A DNA stretch of 64,000 bases from an uncultured Acidobacteriota bacterium (GTDB taxonomy: Bacteria > Acidobacteriota > Thermoanaerobaculia > Multivoradales > JAHEKO01). Below the pieces are notes generated by a model. That model did no database searches. It was not told the DNA's origin and worked only from the letters and a program-made list of their open reading frames with translations. Shown here in pieces: positions 17,872-28,202 of this stretch; positions within the stretch are counted from its first letter, which is position 1; each line of letters begins with the position of its first letter. The stretch is taken from the NCBI GenBank assembly GCA_963713825.1, contig CAVQNG010000001.1:64001-128000 (forward strand), written 5' to 3'. Made by a program: the position numbers and the translations under genes.

Positions 17872-20337
17872 ATGCCGGCAGCTCAGGTTCCAGATAGCGC
17901 GCGCGTCGTCATCATCGGTGGCGGCATCATCGGTTGTTCCATCGCCTACCACCTTGGCCATCTTGGTTGGAGCGACGTGGTCCTGGTCGAACGTGATCAG
18001 CTCACCTCGGGCACGACCTGGCACGCGGCGGGCCTGATGACCACCTTTGGCTCGACCTCGGAGACCTCGGTCGAGATGCGCATGTACACGCGCGATCTCT
18101 ACGGGCGCCTCGAGGCGGAGACCGAGCAATCCACCGGATTCGAGGCCTTGGGTTTCATCGAGCTGGCCGCGGACAGGGACCGAGTGGAAGAGTATCGCCG
18201 GGTGGCGGCCTTCAATCGGATGTGCGGCAACGACGTCGAGGAGATCGGTCCCGACGAGATCAAGAAGCTCTTCCCCCTGGCCAGGTTGGACGATATCGAG
18301 GCCGGCTTCTACTTGAGGAAAGACGGGCGGGTCAATCCCGTCGACGCCACCATGGCCCTGGCCAAGGGTGCGGAGCAGTTGGGCGTGCAGATCCTCGAGG
18401 GCGTTTCGGTCACGGGCGTCAACACCCAGAACGGCCGGGCCACAGGTGTGACCACCTCTCAGGGCGATATCAAGGCGGAGTTCGTGGTCAATTGTGCAGG
18501 CATGTGGGCCAGGCAACTCGGTGCCCTCAACGGCGTGAGCATCCCGAACCAGTCGACCGAGCACTACTACCTTATGACCGAGCCGATCGAGGGCATGACG
18601 CGAGAGCTTCCCATCATCGAAGACCCCTCCTGTCACGGTTACTACAGGGAAGAAGGCGGTGGCCTGATGATCGGTCTGTTCGAGCCGGTCTGCGCTCCCT
18701 GGAAGGTGAACGGCGTCCCCGATGATTTCTCCTTCGGCAAGATTCCGCCCGACTGGGATCGCATGATGCCCTTCCTCGAAAGAGCCATGACCCGCGTTCC
18801 CGTCTCGCAGGGGGCTGGCATCAAGGAGTTGTTCTGCGGTCCAGAGAGCTTTACGCCCGACATGGGGGTGGCCTTCGGAGAAGCGCCGGAAGTGCAGAAC
18901 TATTTTGTCGCCGCGGGGCTCAACTCCATCGGCATCATCACCGCCGGCGGGCTTGGCAAGATCATGGCCCAGTGGATCACTACCGGCGATCCGGGCGCGG
19001 ACATCACCGGCATGAACGTGGATCGCTTTCATCCCTATCAGTGCAATCCCGAATACCGCAAGACCCGCGTGGTCGAGACGCTGGGATTGGTCTACCGGCG
19101 GCATTACCCGACCCGCATTCCCCAGACCGCACGTGATTGCAAGCGCTCGCCTTTTTACGATCGTATGAAGGATCAGCGCGCCTATTTCACCGACGTGAGC
19201 GGCTGGGAAAGCCCGGCCTGGTATGCGCCGGAAGGTCAGGAGCCCAAGGTCGACAAGCTCTCCTGGGGGCGTCAGAACTGGTTCCCCTACTGGGAAGCGG
19301 AACACAAGGCGTGTCGTGAGGGTGTCATCGTCATGGACATGTCCTTCATGGGGAAGTTCCTGGTGCAGGGACGCGACGCCGGTAAGGTGCTCGACACCAT
19401 TTCGGCCAACAGCGTCAACGGCCCCGCTGAGACCATCACCTACACCCAATTCCTCAACGAGTGGGGCAAGCTGGAAGCCGACGTCACCGTGACCAAGCAG
19501 ACCGAGGAGCGCTTCATCGTGGTGGTTACCGACACCATGCACCGCCATGTCGAGACCTGGATCAGGCGCCACATCCCAGGTGATGCCAACTGCTTTGTCA
19601 CCGACATCACGGGCGGCATCGCCCAGCTCAATGTGCAAGGTCCCAAGTCGCGCCAGCTTCTGCAGTCCATCACCTCGGCCGATCTGTCCAACGAGGCCTT
19701 TCCCTTCCGCACTTCCCGCGAGATCGATATCGGGTTTGCGCGCCTGCAATGCAACCGCATCACCTACGTAGGCGAGCTCGGCTACGAGCTCTGTATTCCC
19801 TCGGAGCAGGCCGTGCAGGTTTACGACCACGTGGTCGAGGCAGGCAAGAGCTTTGGCCTGCGCCATGCCGGACTCAGAGCCCTGGGTAGCCTTCGCATGG
19901 AGAAGGCGTATCGCGACTACGGTCACGACATCGACAACACCGACGACGCCTATGAGACCGGTCTTGGGATGTTTGTGGATCTGGGCAAGCCGGACTTTCT
20001 CGGCAAGGCCTATTGCGTCGAAAAGAAGGCCCAAGGCCCGGCCTACAACCGACGCTTGGTGCAGGTGCTGGTCAAGGACCCCGAGCCGTTGCTCTACCAC
20101 GCGGAGGTCATTCACCGGAACAACAAGGCGGTCGGCTATGTCCGCGCGGCAAGCTACGGCTTCACCCTCGGTGGCGCTGTGGGTCTGGCCATGATCGAAG
20201 CCGACGAGCCCATCGACAAGACCTACCTGGAAGAGGGCGAGTGGGAGATCGATATCGCCGGCAAGCGCTACCCCCTGCAGGTGAGCCTGGCCAGCCGCGC
20301 GATGTATGACCCAAAGATGGAGAAGGTCCGAGCCTAG
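17872..20337 (+). CDS. GcvT-family FAD-dependent oxidoreductase (dimethylglycine/sarcosine dehydrogenase-like)
   Basis: IIGGGIIG, SGTTWHAAG, GPESFTPD, GWE, YVGELGYE, LRMEKAY. Confidence 0.92.
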   Translation: MPAAQVPDSARVVIIGGGIIGCSIAYHLGHLGWSDVVLVERDQLTSGTTWHAAGLMTTFGSTSETSVEMRMYTRDLYGRLEAETEQSTGFEALGFIELAADRDRVEEYRRVAAFNRMCGNDVEEIGPDEIKKLFPLARLDDIEAGFYLRKDGRVNPVDATMALAKGAEQLGVQILEGVSVTGVNTQNGRATGVTTSQGDIKAEFVVNCAGMWARQLGALNGVSIPNQSTEHYYLMTEPIEGMTRELPIIEDPSCHGYYREEGGGLMIGLFEPVCAPWKVNGVPDDFSFGKIPPDWDRMMPFLERAMTRVPVSQGAGIKELFCGPESFTPDMGVAFGEAPEVQNYFVAAGLNSIGIITAGGLGKIMAQWITTGDPGADITGMNVDRFHPYQCNPEYRKTRVVETLGLVYRRHYPTRIPQTARDCKRSPFYDRMKDQRAYFTDVSGWESPAWYAPEGQEPKVDKLSWGRQNWFPYWEAEHKACREGVIVMDMSFMGKFLVQGRDAGKVLDTISANSVNGPAETITYTQFLNEWGKLEADVTVTKQTEERFIVVVTDTMHRHVETWIRRHIPGDANCFVTDITGGIAQLNVQGPKSRQLLQSITSADLSNEAFPFRTSREIDIGFARLQCNRITYVGELGYELCIPSEQAVQVYDHVVEAGKSFGLRHAGLRALGSLRMEKAYRDYGHDIDNTDDAYETGLGMFVDLGKPDFLGKAYCVEKKAQGPAYNRRLVQVLVKDPEPLLYHAEVIHRNNKAVGYVRAASYGFTLGGAVGLAMIEADEPIDKTYLEEGEWEIDIAGKRYPLQVSLASRAMYDPKMEKVRA

Positions 20338-20542
20338 AGCGCATCGACCAGAAGCGCCGCCGTCCACCTCCCAGGAGCTCCCGACCCGACCAAAGGCGCT
20401 ATGCGGGTCGTCCTCTTCCCTTCGTGTGCGATTCGCGGCTCCGGCCCCGAGTCGGAACGCAAGTCAGATCTGGTATGTCCGCACGAGAGGACGTTCTGGC
20501 AGCAGCACGCTGCGTTCAGGTCCCTGCAACGGGGAGACACGA

Positions 20543-20558
20543 AGGCACGGTTCTTGCT
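20543..20558 (+). promoter_or_regulatory. Putative sigma54 promoter
   Basis: AGGCACGGTTCTTGCT matches the -24/-12 consensus (GG-N10-GC) just upstream of the VWD gene. Confidence 0.5.
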
Positions 20559-20571
20559 GCTGCTATGAGTT

Positions 20572-21483
20572 ATGAAAACTCACGGATTCGCATTCGTTGC
20601 ACTAGTGAGTCTTGCGCTCGTCACCACCACCGGTACCGCTGCCACCTTCGAGGGTCGAGCTTGGGGCGACATCCACGTGCAGACCATGGACGGCGCTACC
20701 TACGAATTTCAATCGACCGGCGAGTTCATAGCGAGTCGCTCGACGGCTCGAGATCTCGAGGTGCAGTTGCGTCTCGAGTCGAGGGGGTTTTCGCCGCATG
20801 TGTCGGTTGCCACGGCCGTGGCCGTGCTCGTCGATACGACCCGGGCGTCGGTGATGTTGGGTCGAGAGCCCCTGCTCTATGTTGACGGCCAGCCAGCGGC
20901 TTTGCCCGATGGTTTCGTCGAGCTACCGGATGGCGGTCGGATCGAGCGCTCGAAGCGAGGGTATGAGGTCTTCTGGGCCGATGGATCGACCTTGTCCATC
21001 GATGTGCGCAAACGATTCCTGAATGCCTATTTGAGGCCTGCCGAACCTCGCCGGGGCGCGCTCTCTGGCCTGTTCGGCAACTTCAATGGCAACGCTGTGG
21101 ACGATGTCGATGCCACGATGGCAGCCCTCGGCTCGGGCTCACATTCCCAAGTGAACTCTGCCCTCGCCGAGCTGGCGCGAGCTCTCCTCGCCGACGATGA
21201 CGACCCCGCGCTCCTGGCTCAGGAGGAGTCGATCTTCGAGTACGAGCCGGGACAAAACACGTATTCCTTCCGACGGCCCAAGCCCACACGAGAAGCCACG
21301 CCGGAAGCCCTGACCGCCAGCTGGCGGAAGAGAGCGGAGGAGGTGTGCGTGGAGGCTGGCGTGACGGAGGCTGAACTGTTGAAGGCCTGCATCGTCGACG
21401 TTGGCTACACGCACGACGAGAGCTTTGCCGAGACCGCCGCGGCGGTTCAGGCGCGAGACCTGACCAACTGGGACTCGGACTAG
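20572..21483 (+). CDS. Secreted von Willebrand factor type D domain protein
   Basis: Signal peptide; WGDIHVQTMDG..YEFQ..GEF, GLFGNFNG, C-terminal C...ACIVDV. Confidence 0.75.
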   Translation: MKTHGFAFVALVSLALVTTTGTAATFEGRAWGDIHVQTMDGATYEFQSTGEFIASRSTARDLEVQLRLESRGFSPHVSVATAVAVLVDTTRASVMLGREPLLYVDGQPAALPDGFVELPDGGRIERSKRGYEVFWADGSTLSIDVRKRFLNAYLRPAEPRRGALSGLFGNFNGNAVDDVDATMAALGSGSHSQVNSALAELARALLADDDDPALLAQEESIFEYEPGQNTYSFRRPKPTREATPEALTASWRKRAEEVCVEAGVTEAELLKACIVDVGYTHDESFAETAAAVQARDLTNWDSD

Positions 21484-21613
21484 GCACGCGGAGCCGACGC
21501 GGGTTTCTAGTTCTCGCCACTATCCGTCGGCGACTGTCTGATCTGCGATCAATTCTCTTCCTCTAGTACTATCGAGACGTGCCCCGCGACTTTGCTGGTT
21601 GCGCTCGAGAGCG

Positions 21614-22693
21614 ATGCAAATGGTGCCTGACAAGTTTCCTCTGGCTGTAGTGACTGCCACCTTGCTGTTGCTGGCAACGACGCCGGCTTCTGGTGTCGCA
21701 TCGAACAGTGGTGAACATGCAGCGAAGGCGAGTGCTGCGCTTGCGGACCTGGCGGATCAGGGCTTTGTCGGATCTGTGCTTGTTGCACGGGGCGGCGAGG
21801 TCCTGTTTTCCGGCGATTTCGGATTTGATCCGCAGCCTCGTGCTGTCCCCTCGTACTGGATCGCATCCATTACGAAGCAGTTTGTAGCGGCAGGGATCTT
21901 GATCCTCGAGCAGCGCGGACAGCTGAACCTCGATGATCCAATCTCTGAGCACCTATTGGACGTGCCCGCCGACAAATCGGGGATCACCGTTTTTCATCTC
22001 CTGACTCACACATCTGGGCTGGAACAGGTGTATGCGGCCGACGGTGTGACAGACGAAGTTGCCGCAAGGAACGCGCTGCTTGGAGCCCCGTTTGTATCGG
22101 AACCCGGCGGGCAGTTCTCGTATGCGAACGACAACTACAATCTGCTCGCACTAGTCCTGGAGCGCTACACCGATCAGTCGTACGAGGATTTTCTGCGCCA
22201 TGAGATCCTCGAGCCGACGGGCATGCGACATTCAGCCTTCTGGGGAGAGCCAATCGAACAAGGGACCATCGTGCCGCCAGTTGCAGCGCCGTTTCAGGGC
22301 GGCACACCAGAGCCGAACTGGGGATTCAGAGGTGCCACCGGCATGCGCGCCTCGGTGGGGGACTTGTTTGCCTGGGTCCAATCGCTCGCCGGGGACGGAC
22401 CGCTTGCCAAGAACAGCGTAGACCTGTTGATGGGCAATCATGTGCAGACCGCTGGTGGAACGGAGATCGGCTTCAATTGGTTTGGCGGTCAAACAGAAAG
22501 TGGCGTGCGTATGCTCTTCTCCAGAGGGCAGGAGAGTTTTGGCGGCAATGCCGTCATCTACGTGTATCCCGAACAGAATCTCACGATCATCACGGCTACC
22601 AATGCCGGCCCTGCAGAGACCGGAGAGGGGCCCGTCCAAGGTTGGTCCCGGTTATCGCACAAGGCGCTTGCTGCAATCTACCTCGACCCGTAA
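21614..22693 (+). CDS. Exported serine hydrolase (beta-lactamase class C-like)
   Basis: ASITK (SxxK), LLTHTSG, YAN motifs; signal peptide. Confidence 0.88.
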   Translation: MQMVPDKFPLAVVTATLLLLATTPASGVASNSGEHAAKASAALADLADQGFVGSVLVARGGEVLFSGDFGFDPQPRAVPSYWIASITKQFVAAGILILEQRGQLNLDDPISEHLLDVPADKSGITVFHLLTHTSGLEQVYAADGVTDEVAARNALLGAPFVSEPGGQFSYANDNYNLLALVLERYTDQSYEDFLRHEILEPTGMRHSAFWGEPIEQGTIVPPVAAPFQGGTPEPNWGFRGATGMRASVGDLFAWVQSLAGDGPLAKNSVDLLMGNHVQTAGGTEIGFNWFGGQTESGVRMLFSRGQESFGGNAVIYVYPEQNLTIITATNAGPAETGEGPVQGWSRLSHKALAAIYLDP

Positions 22694-22948
22694 GGGTTGC
22701 CGCCAGCGGAAGATGGGACCGGCTGGCGTCCCCCCGGCCACCGCGATCTGTACGTAGCCTCCTGGCTCGGGATAGGACGTAACAAAGACATCGTCGCGCC
22801 CGGTCTCGTCGGAGACACAGGTGAGCCAGCGACCATCTGGCGACAGGGCTCGGTCGCTCGAATCCCTGGCAGACCGAAGCAGCGGAACTGGACAACGATG
22901 CCAGTCTCCTCCGTGGTGATCTGTAGCGACCTCCGGTACAATTCAGGT

Positions 22949-23185
22949 GTGACGTCAGCTTCAGAAAGACGTGTAGAGCGGGCGAAGGCTCGTTCGAGTT
23001 GGCCCATTCGCCGATATGCTCTCGGTGCTGAACCCGGAGAGAACATTCGGGGCTGGACCACCCCAACCGAGCGCTTGGCAATGATGTGGGAACTCTCTCG
23101 TCAGGCGTGGGTCTTGTCTGGACTCCCGTTGCCTGACTATCCCCGCAATCGCGCCCCTGGCCGAGTCGTTCGCCCTCGCCAATGA
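22949..23185 (+). CDS. Small hypothetical protein coupled to a nucleotidyltransferase
   Basis: TTPTERLAMMWELSRQAW...LPDYPR; ATGA overlap with the next gene; start uncertain. Confidence 0.6.
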   Translation: MTSASERRVERAKARSSWPIRRYALGAEPGENIRGWTTPTERLAMMWELSRQAWVLSGLPLPDYPRNRAPGRVVRPRQ

Positions 23186-23661
23186 ACGTTGAATCTGGTT
23201 TCAACGACGACTTCCTCGACATCTTGCGGGCTCTGGTCGAGTCCGGAGCGGAGTTTCTGGTCGTAGGCGCCTACGCCTTGGCTTTGCATGGCGTACCCAG
23301 GTCGACGGGCGATCTCGATGTCTGGGTGCACCCGACCCCAGAAAACGCTCAGCGAGTGCTCGAAGCTCTCGAGGCCTTCGGTGCCCCGATCCAGGCGCAT
23401 GGGGTGACACTGGCCGATTTCGAGACCCCCGAGAGTGTGTACCAGATAGGCCTCCCGCCCCGCCGAATCGATTTGATGACCGGCCTGTCTGGGGTCGAAT
23501 TCAAAGAGGCCTGGAACTCGCGGATCGAAGTCGAGATCGATGGGCTGCAAGTTCCGTTTCTCGGCCTCGATGCCCTACGTCGGAACAAGCAGGCGACTGG
23601 CAGGGGCAAGGATCTCCTCGACTTGCGGCTTCTGAGCGAATCGCAGACCGAGGATGAGTGA
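23182..23661 (+). CDS. Nucleotidyltransferase family protein (DUF6036-like)
   Basis: VGAYALALHGVPRSTGDLD; NKQATGRGKDLLD. Confidence 0.85.
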   Translation: MNVESGFNDDFLDILRALVESGAEFLVVGAYALALHGVPRSTGDLDVWVHPTPENAQRVLEALEAFGAPIQAHGVTLADFETPESVYQIGLPPRRIDLMTGLSGVEFKEAWNSRIEVEIDGLQVPFLGLDALRRNKQATGRGKDLLDLRLLSESQTEDE

Positions 23662-23719
23662 CGGAGCACGCAGGCGGCCGACTGGATACGGCGTCGGTAA
23701 GTGGAACGAGCCCCGTGAA

Positions 23720-24580
23720 TCAGGGCCGCAAACTGACCAAAGCCAGGAAGCGTCCGTCGGAACTGACCGCGCATCGGCCACTTTTGTCGAGCCCAGGTGC
23801 CTCCAGTAGGGCCAGGTCCCTCCAGTCCTCGTCAACTCCGGGCTGGAATTGGAGCAGCTTTGTGCCGCTGGCGGTGATCATGAATCCGTCCGGATGCCAG
23901 CAATAGTCCTCGTTGTCGGGGGAGATCGACACCAGCGGGGTCACGGTCTTGCTGTCGGGGTCGAGGCGCTTGATCACCCAGTTCCAGTCGCTCTGCTTGT
24001 GCACGAAGCTGAAGTGTTCGCTACCTGGGATGGCGTGAATGCTGCGACCCGCCTGGTCGATCACATACAAAGACTCGCCGGCGCCGGGGCCGACATCGAC
24101 ACCAGTAGGCTCGAAGAACAGCGAATAGGCATACCGCCCCCAGAACAAGACACCTTTGTCATTGCGAGCGTAGTAGCCAACCGGAACATAGCTGGTCAGT
24201 AGACGTTCGGCTTGGCCGCCTTGGTACGCCCGATGCCACACGTGTTGGTAAGGGTTGCCCTCTTGCAGCACGTAGCTGAAACGGTCATCGCCATAGGGCT
24301 GCGGAGAGAACTCGTTCTCGGCGGGTGTATTGGTGAGATTGCTTACCTGACCGTCGGCAATTCGGAATCGGAAGAGGTCGGTCTGCTCGCCGGCGCGATC
24401 GGAGGAGAACATCAGGGCCTGGCTGTCCAGGGTGAACGCCGGCTGATTGTCATAGCCCTCGCGGTCGGTCACCTGTTGGACCAGGGCGAAGTCCCGACTG
24501 ATGTCGAACAGGTAGATGTCGAAGCCCTGGGCGAACAGGGGAGCGGGCACGAGTAGGAAGGAGATCAACAAAAGTCTCAT
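23720..24580 (-). CDS. Secreted TolB-like beta-propeller protein
   Basis: Signal peptide; GYDNQPAFT, FSSDR, TNTPAENEFSP. Confidence 0.75.
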   Translation of the reverse strand: MRLLLISFLLVPAPLFAQGFDIYLFDISRDFALVQQVTDREGYDNQPAFTLDSQALMFSSDRAGEQTDLFRFRIADGQVSNLTNTPAENEFSPQPYGDDRFSYVLQEGNPYQHVWHRAYQGGQAERLLTSYVPVGYYARNDKGVLFWGRYAYSLFFEPTGVDVGPGAGESLYVIDQAGRSIHAIPGSEHFSFVHKQSDWNWVIKRLDPDSKTVTPLVSISPDNEDYCWHPDGFMITASGTKLLQFQPGVDEDWRDLALLEAPGLDKSGRCAVSSDGRFLALVSLRP

Positions 24581-24791
24581 GAGTGCGTCCTTTGAGGATG
24601 AATGGAACGAGGATAGCAAAGAGCATCGTGCGCAGCAGTTGGAATCCACTGGGCGGGATCTTCCAACCTCTCGTGATTTCTGCGTGGTACGATCGCGCCA
24701 ACATTTCCAGCAACTGGCTGTATGAGCTGTGCGGTGGTGGGACTTGCCACACGCGCTACGAAGAAGAAACGACGCTAGGGGAGGGACCGCG

Positions 24792-25307
24792 ATGAAGCCC
24801 GAAGGAACAACACAGCAGATTCGTCACCTGACAGGCCTCACTATCGCTCTGGTTCTGTTCCTCCTCGCAAACGCGAGTACGGGTCAAGAGATCGGCGTTA
24901 TGCAGTTCCCCGAGGGCGAGGTTCAGCACGTAGTGCGTGCCGAAAGCACACCCTGGAAACCGTGTCCACCGACGCTGCCGGCCGGTTGTGAGATGGCCGT
25001 GCTCGAGGGCGATCCGCAGGGCGAGGACCTCTTTACGGTGCGGTTTCGCGCCAGCGGCACTTTCGTGATGCCGCCGCACTGGCACCCCAGGGATGAACGT
25101 GTGACGATTATCAGTGGTACTGCGGCGGTTGCTTTTGGAGCCGACAGCGAGCGCAAAGACGCAACGGAGTTCGGTCCGGGGGACTACTACGTAAACGCAC
25201 GCCACGCGGTGCACATCGTCTGGATCGAGGGTCCCACCGTCCTTCAGATCACCGGCATTGGACCCTGGAAAGCAGTACCGGCCACCGAAGCAGCTCCGCC
25301 GGGCTGA
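24792..25307 (+). CDS. Exported cupin-domain protein
   Basis: AVLEGDP, PPHWHPRDERVTIISG, His motif 2, QITGIGPW. Confidence 0.85.
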   Translation: MKPEGTTQQIRHLTGLTIALVLFLLANASTGQEIGVMQFPEGEVQHVVRAESTPWKPCPPTLPAGCEMAVLEGDPQGEDLFTVRFRASGTFVMPPHWHPRDERVTIISGTAAVAFGADSERKDATEFGPGDYYVNARHAVHIVWIEGPTVLQITGIGPWKAVPATEAAPPG

Positions 25308-25337
25308 TCACGCCGCGCGATCGTTGCCGGGAGGCGC

Positions 25338-25442
25338 CTAAGCAGGAGTTTCATCGTCGCGGGCCAGGCGCTCTTCCAGGGCGACGAGTCGGCGCTCGAG
25401 CTCAGCTTGGACCTCTTTCGGGATCTCGGGATTCACGCTCAT
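25338..25442 (-). CDS. Putative 34-aa small protein MSVNPEIPKEVQAELERRLVALEERLARDDETPA
   Basis: ATG preceded by AAGAGG; coiled-coil-like; below the ORF-track length cutoff. Confidence 0.45.
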   Translation of the reverse strand: MSVNPEIPKEVQAELERRLVALEERLARDDETPA

Positions 25443-25611
25443 TGACGGCCTCTTGAAGTTGTGAGGACTGACCCTACTGTGAATCTCCGATCTCTACCAA
25501 TCGGTGCGCCTCCAACCGCAGGCAAAAGCGGACATTGACTCCTTCGAAATAGGCACTCCATCACTGCTGTTGGGCTGTGCCACCTGGGTGATTCGCTATA
25601 CTCCCGCCACC

Positions 25612-26286
25612 ATGGTGGAGCCGCGAGGAAATGAGATGCTACCGGTTTTCCCCCTGACAGGGACGCTGCTTCTGCCAGGCACGTACCTGCCTCTCAACAT
25701 CTTTGAGGAGCGGTACCTCAACTTGGTCGAGGACGCGCTGCAAGGTGAGCGCAGAATCGGCATGATCCAGCCCTGGATCCCTGGGCTCGACAACTGGGGG
25801 GTTCCGCCTCTCGACCTGCGCGATCCAGAGCTTTATCCAGTCGGCTGCTGCGGCCTTATCAATCAGCACGAGCTGCAGCCTGACGGCCGATATCTCATCG
25901 TTCTGGAGGGGGAGGTGCGATTCCGAATTCGCCGCGAGCTGGAGCAGACACGGGGCTATCGCAGGGTCAGCGCAGACTTCGCTGAATTCGAGATCGACCG
26001 ACTCTCCGAGGAGCCGAACATCGACAAGCAGGAGATCCTGTCGATCTTCGATCGCTTCGCTCGACAGAGAGATCTGGACTTCGACTCGGACCTGCTCGCT
26101 GCCCTGTCCGGGCGCAGGCTGGTCAATGCGCTGAGCACCGCCCTTCCCTTGACTGCCGTCGAGAAGCAGGCCCTGCTCGAGGCCCGGTCTCTCGAAGATC
26201 GGGCCTCGTTGCTGATGACCCTGATGGGGATGGATCTCGAGCCAGGGAGTCAACCCCCGTCGTTTTCACCGCCGGCAATTCACTAG
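25612..26286 (+). CDS. LON peptidase substrate-binding domain protein
   Basis: LPVFPL..LLLPG..LPLNIFEERY, DGRYLIVLEG..RFRI, EKQALLEA. Confidence 0.88.
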   Translation: MVEPRGNEMLPVFPLTGTLLLPGTYLPLNIFEERYLNLVEDALQGERRIGMIQPWIPGLDNWGVPPLDLRDPELYPVGCCGLINQHELQPDGRYLIVLEGEVRFRIRRELEQTRGYRRVSADFAEFEIDRLSEEPNIDKQEILSIFDRFARQRDLDFDSDLLAALSGRRLVNALSTALPLTAVEKQALLEARSLEDRASLLMTLMGMDLEPGSQPPSFSPPAIH

Positions 26287-26545
26287 CCTGAACATCCTGC
26301 CAAGGCGGGCCAATTTCGAGCGCAGAGCTCGATAGGATGAGCGGCTCCTCGAGTTCGAGACGAGAAAGGACCGTGAGCCGAAGGAGTGTCAAGTCTGTAA
26401 GCCGAGGTATCCTGTCACCTTCGGTCGACCTCGTGACCCAGGAGATCGCTCATGTCAACTCCGGCACCCGTTGTGTTTTGTATCTTTGGTGGTACCGGTG
26501 ATTTGTCCCGGAGAAAGCTCCTGCCGGCGCTCTGCCACCGCCAGC

Positions 26546-28045
26546 CTACGGCGCCGTGCTGGACCAGGCCGAGGTGTCGCCGGACTCGAAGCCGTCGGCG
26601 AGAATCGGGATACGAAGGCTGAACGCATCGATGTGCTCGGGGTCGTTGGTGACTTCGATTCCTGCCGCCAGAATGGCGTTGGCCGAGTTGTCGAGGTATT
26701 CCCGAAAGTCGCTATTGGGATCCTCTGGATCAGCCTTGGGCCAAGAGGTGTATCCGTTGTCCCGGAAGGCCGGAATCAGGGTGTTTTCCGTCGCCCAAAG
26801 GTCGGCCGCAACGGGATCGATGCTGACGATCAGCTCGTCCCTACGGCTGGCTTCGCTGTAGTTCGTCGAAGGACCTCCGTTCGGATGGGCGTTGATCCAG
26901 ATGGCGTCGAGAATATTGAGGTCCGCGAGCTCGACTTCGCCGAGGTGAGCCCCGAGGAGGCCATATCTGATCGCGGCGTGGGAGTTCGTCCCGAGCTCGC
27001 GGGTCACTACACCCATGTAGTCCTTGACGTTGGCCGTCACGCCGTAGATGGAGTGGGACTTGAGCACCGGCAAATTGAGGAACTTGAGATGCTCGCGATC
27101 GTAGCCTTGAGTGACCGGGTCCCAGATCCCGTCTCGCAAGCTGATATAGGTGCCGAACGAGGTCTGGAACTTCGGATAGGAGACGGCCCCGTTGAGCTGA
27201 GCGTCCCAGGGATAGAGCACATATCCGTCTTCGAGATCGCTCGCCGAGAACTCATTGACCTGCGTATTACGGATCGAGGTCCAATCGAATAGAGAGACGT
27301 TATGGCCCAGATCCTGAAAATGGGACACAACGACACTCGGAGAAAGGGCCTGATCCTGAGCGTTGTTGTCGGCCCGATCGAAGTCCTCCACCGATGCGAA
27401 CTGAGCGTTCTCGCAAACGACGATCTCGCCTGTAAAGCCGGACGGGTGATCGACAATGCTTCGAATCACTCCTTGCAGCAGGTCGGTATTGGTTCCACCG
27501 CGTTCGGCCCATTGATAGTTGATCTTGATCACGATCACATCGTTGTCGGCGAGGACTCCGTCTGGGCCGGAGATCCGGGTGGTGGTCGGCGCTTTGTAGA
27601 ACTTGAGTCCCTGTCTACCCATGAGGTCGAGCATCGACTCGAAACAGGGAAATCGATCCCCGATCGGATCCTGCGGACAGCCGCTGACATGAAAGATCTC
27701 GGCTCGGTAGTCGGCCGGAGCCTGCAAAGAGGGTAGCCGTGGGCCTCTGGAGGCCTCCACTCGCGACAGATAGCCCCACGCACCGAATGTGGCGATGAGG
27801 CCGAACGCTGCAGCGGCAATCCCGACGATCGACTGCAGGCTTGCCAGCTTTCTTCGCAGCGCCAGGATCGCCGCGACCAACGGAGCTCCGAAAGCAAGCG
27901 TTGCTGTGGACACCGCAGCCTGTTGACAAGGGTAGGCCAGGCGGCTGGGACGCGACCCACTGCGCAGCAGGAGCCAACACAACGCGAAGACCCCCGCCAC
28001 GTACGCGTTCGCAACAAACCACCGATGGAGGAAGGATCGTCTCAT
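26546..28045 (-). CDS. DUF362-domain protein with C-terminal GFESGD tail
   Basis: RPSRLAYPCQQAA, IKINYQW, NLPVLKSH, GVTANVKDYMG, DPVAAD. Confidence 0.8.
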   Translation of the reverse strand: MRRSFLHRWFVANAYVAGVFALCWLLLRSGSRPSRLAYPCQQAAVSTATLAFGAPLVAAILALRRKLASLQSIVGIAAAAFGLIATFGAWGYLSRVEASRGPRLPSLQAPADYRAEIFHVSGCPQDPIGDRFPCFESMLDLMGRQGLKFYKAPTTTRISGPDGVLADNDVIVIKINYQWAERGGTNTDLLQGVIRSIVDHPSGFTGEIVVCENAQFASVEDFDRADNNAQDQALSPSVVVSHFQDLGHNVSLFDWTSIRNTQVNEFSASDLEDGYVLYPWDAQLNGAVSYPKFQTSFGTYISLRDGIWDPVTQGYDREHLKFLNLPVLKSHSIYGVTANVKDYMGVVTRELGTNSHAAIRYGLLGAHLGEVELADLNILDAIWINAHPNGGPSTNYSEASRRDELIVSIDPVAADLWATENTLIPAFRDNGYTSWPKADPEDPNSDFREYLDNSANAILAAGIEVTNDPEHIDAFSLRIPILADGFESGDTSAWSSTAP

Positions 28046-28202
28046 CGGCTCCTCCAGAAGCCAGCCGGCACCGGAGGGACTTGCCCACTCGGTGTTGATC
28101 AACCCAAGGGTAGGCTAGGTGCAACTCGAACACACCACCCGACGGGGTGGCCACGGTGCGGTGTGTCGAGGGCGAGCCTCGGCTCCTATTGGAGGGTGAG
28201 GA

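Noticed and set aside
22697-22948. N-terminal half of the 162-aa ORF, and a REP-like GC hairpin near 22715-22745
   Set aside because: The extension looks non-coding, and the hairpin has a single copy in the window, so a repeat family cannot be supported.
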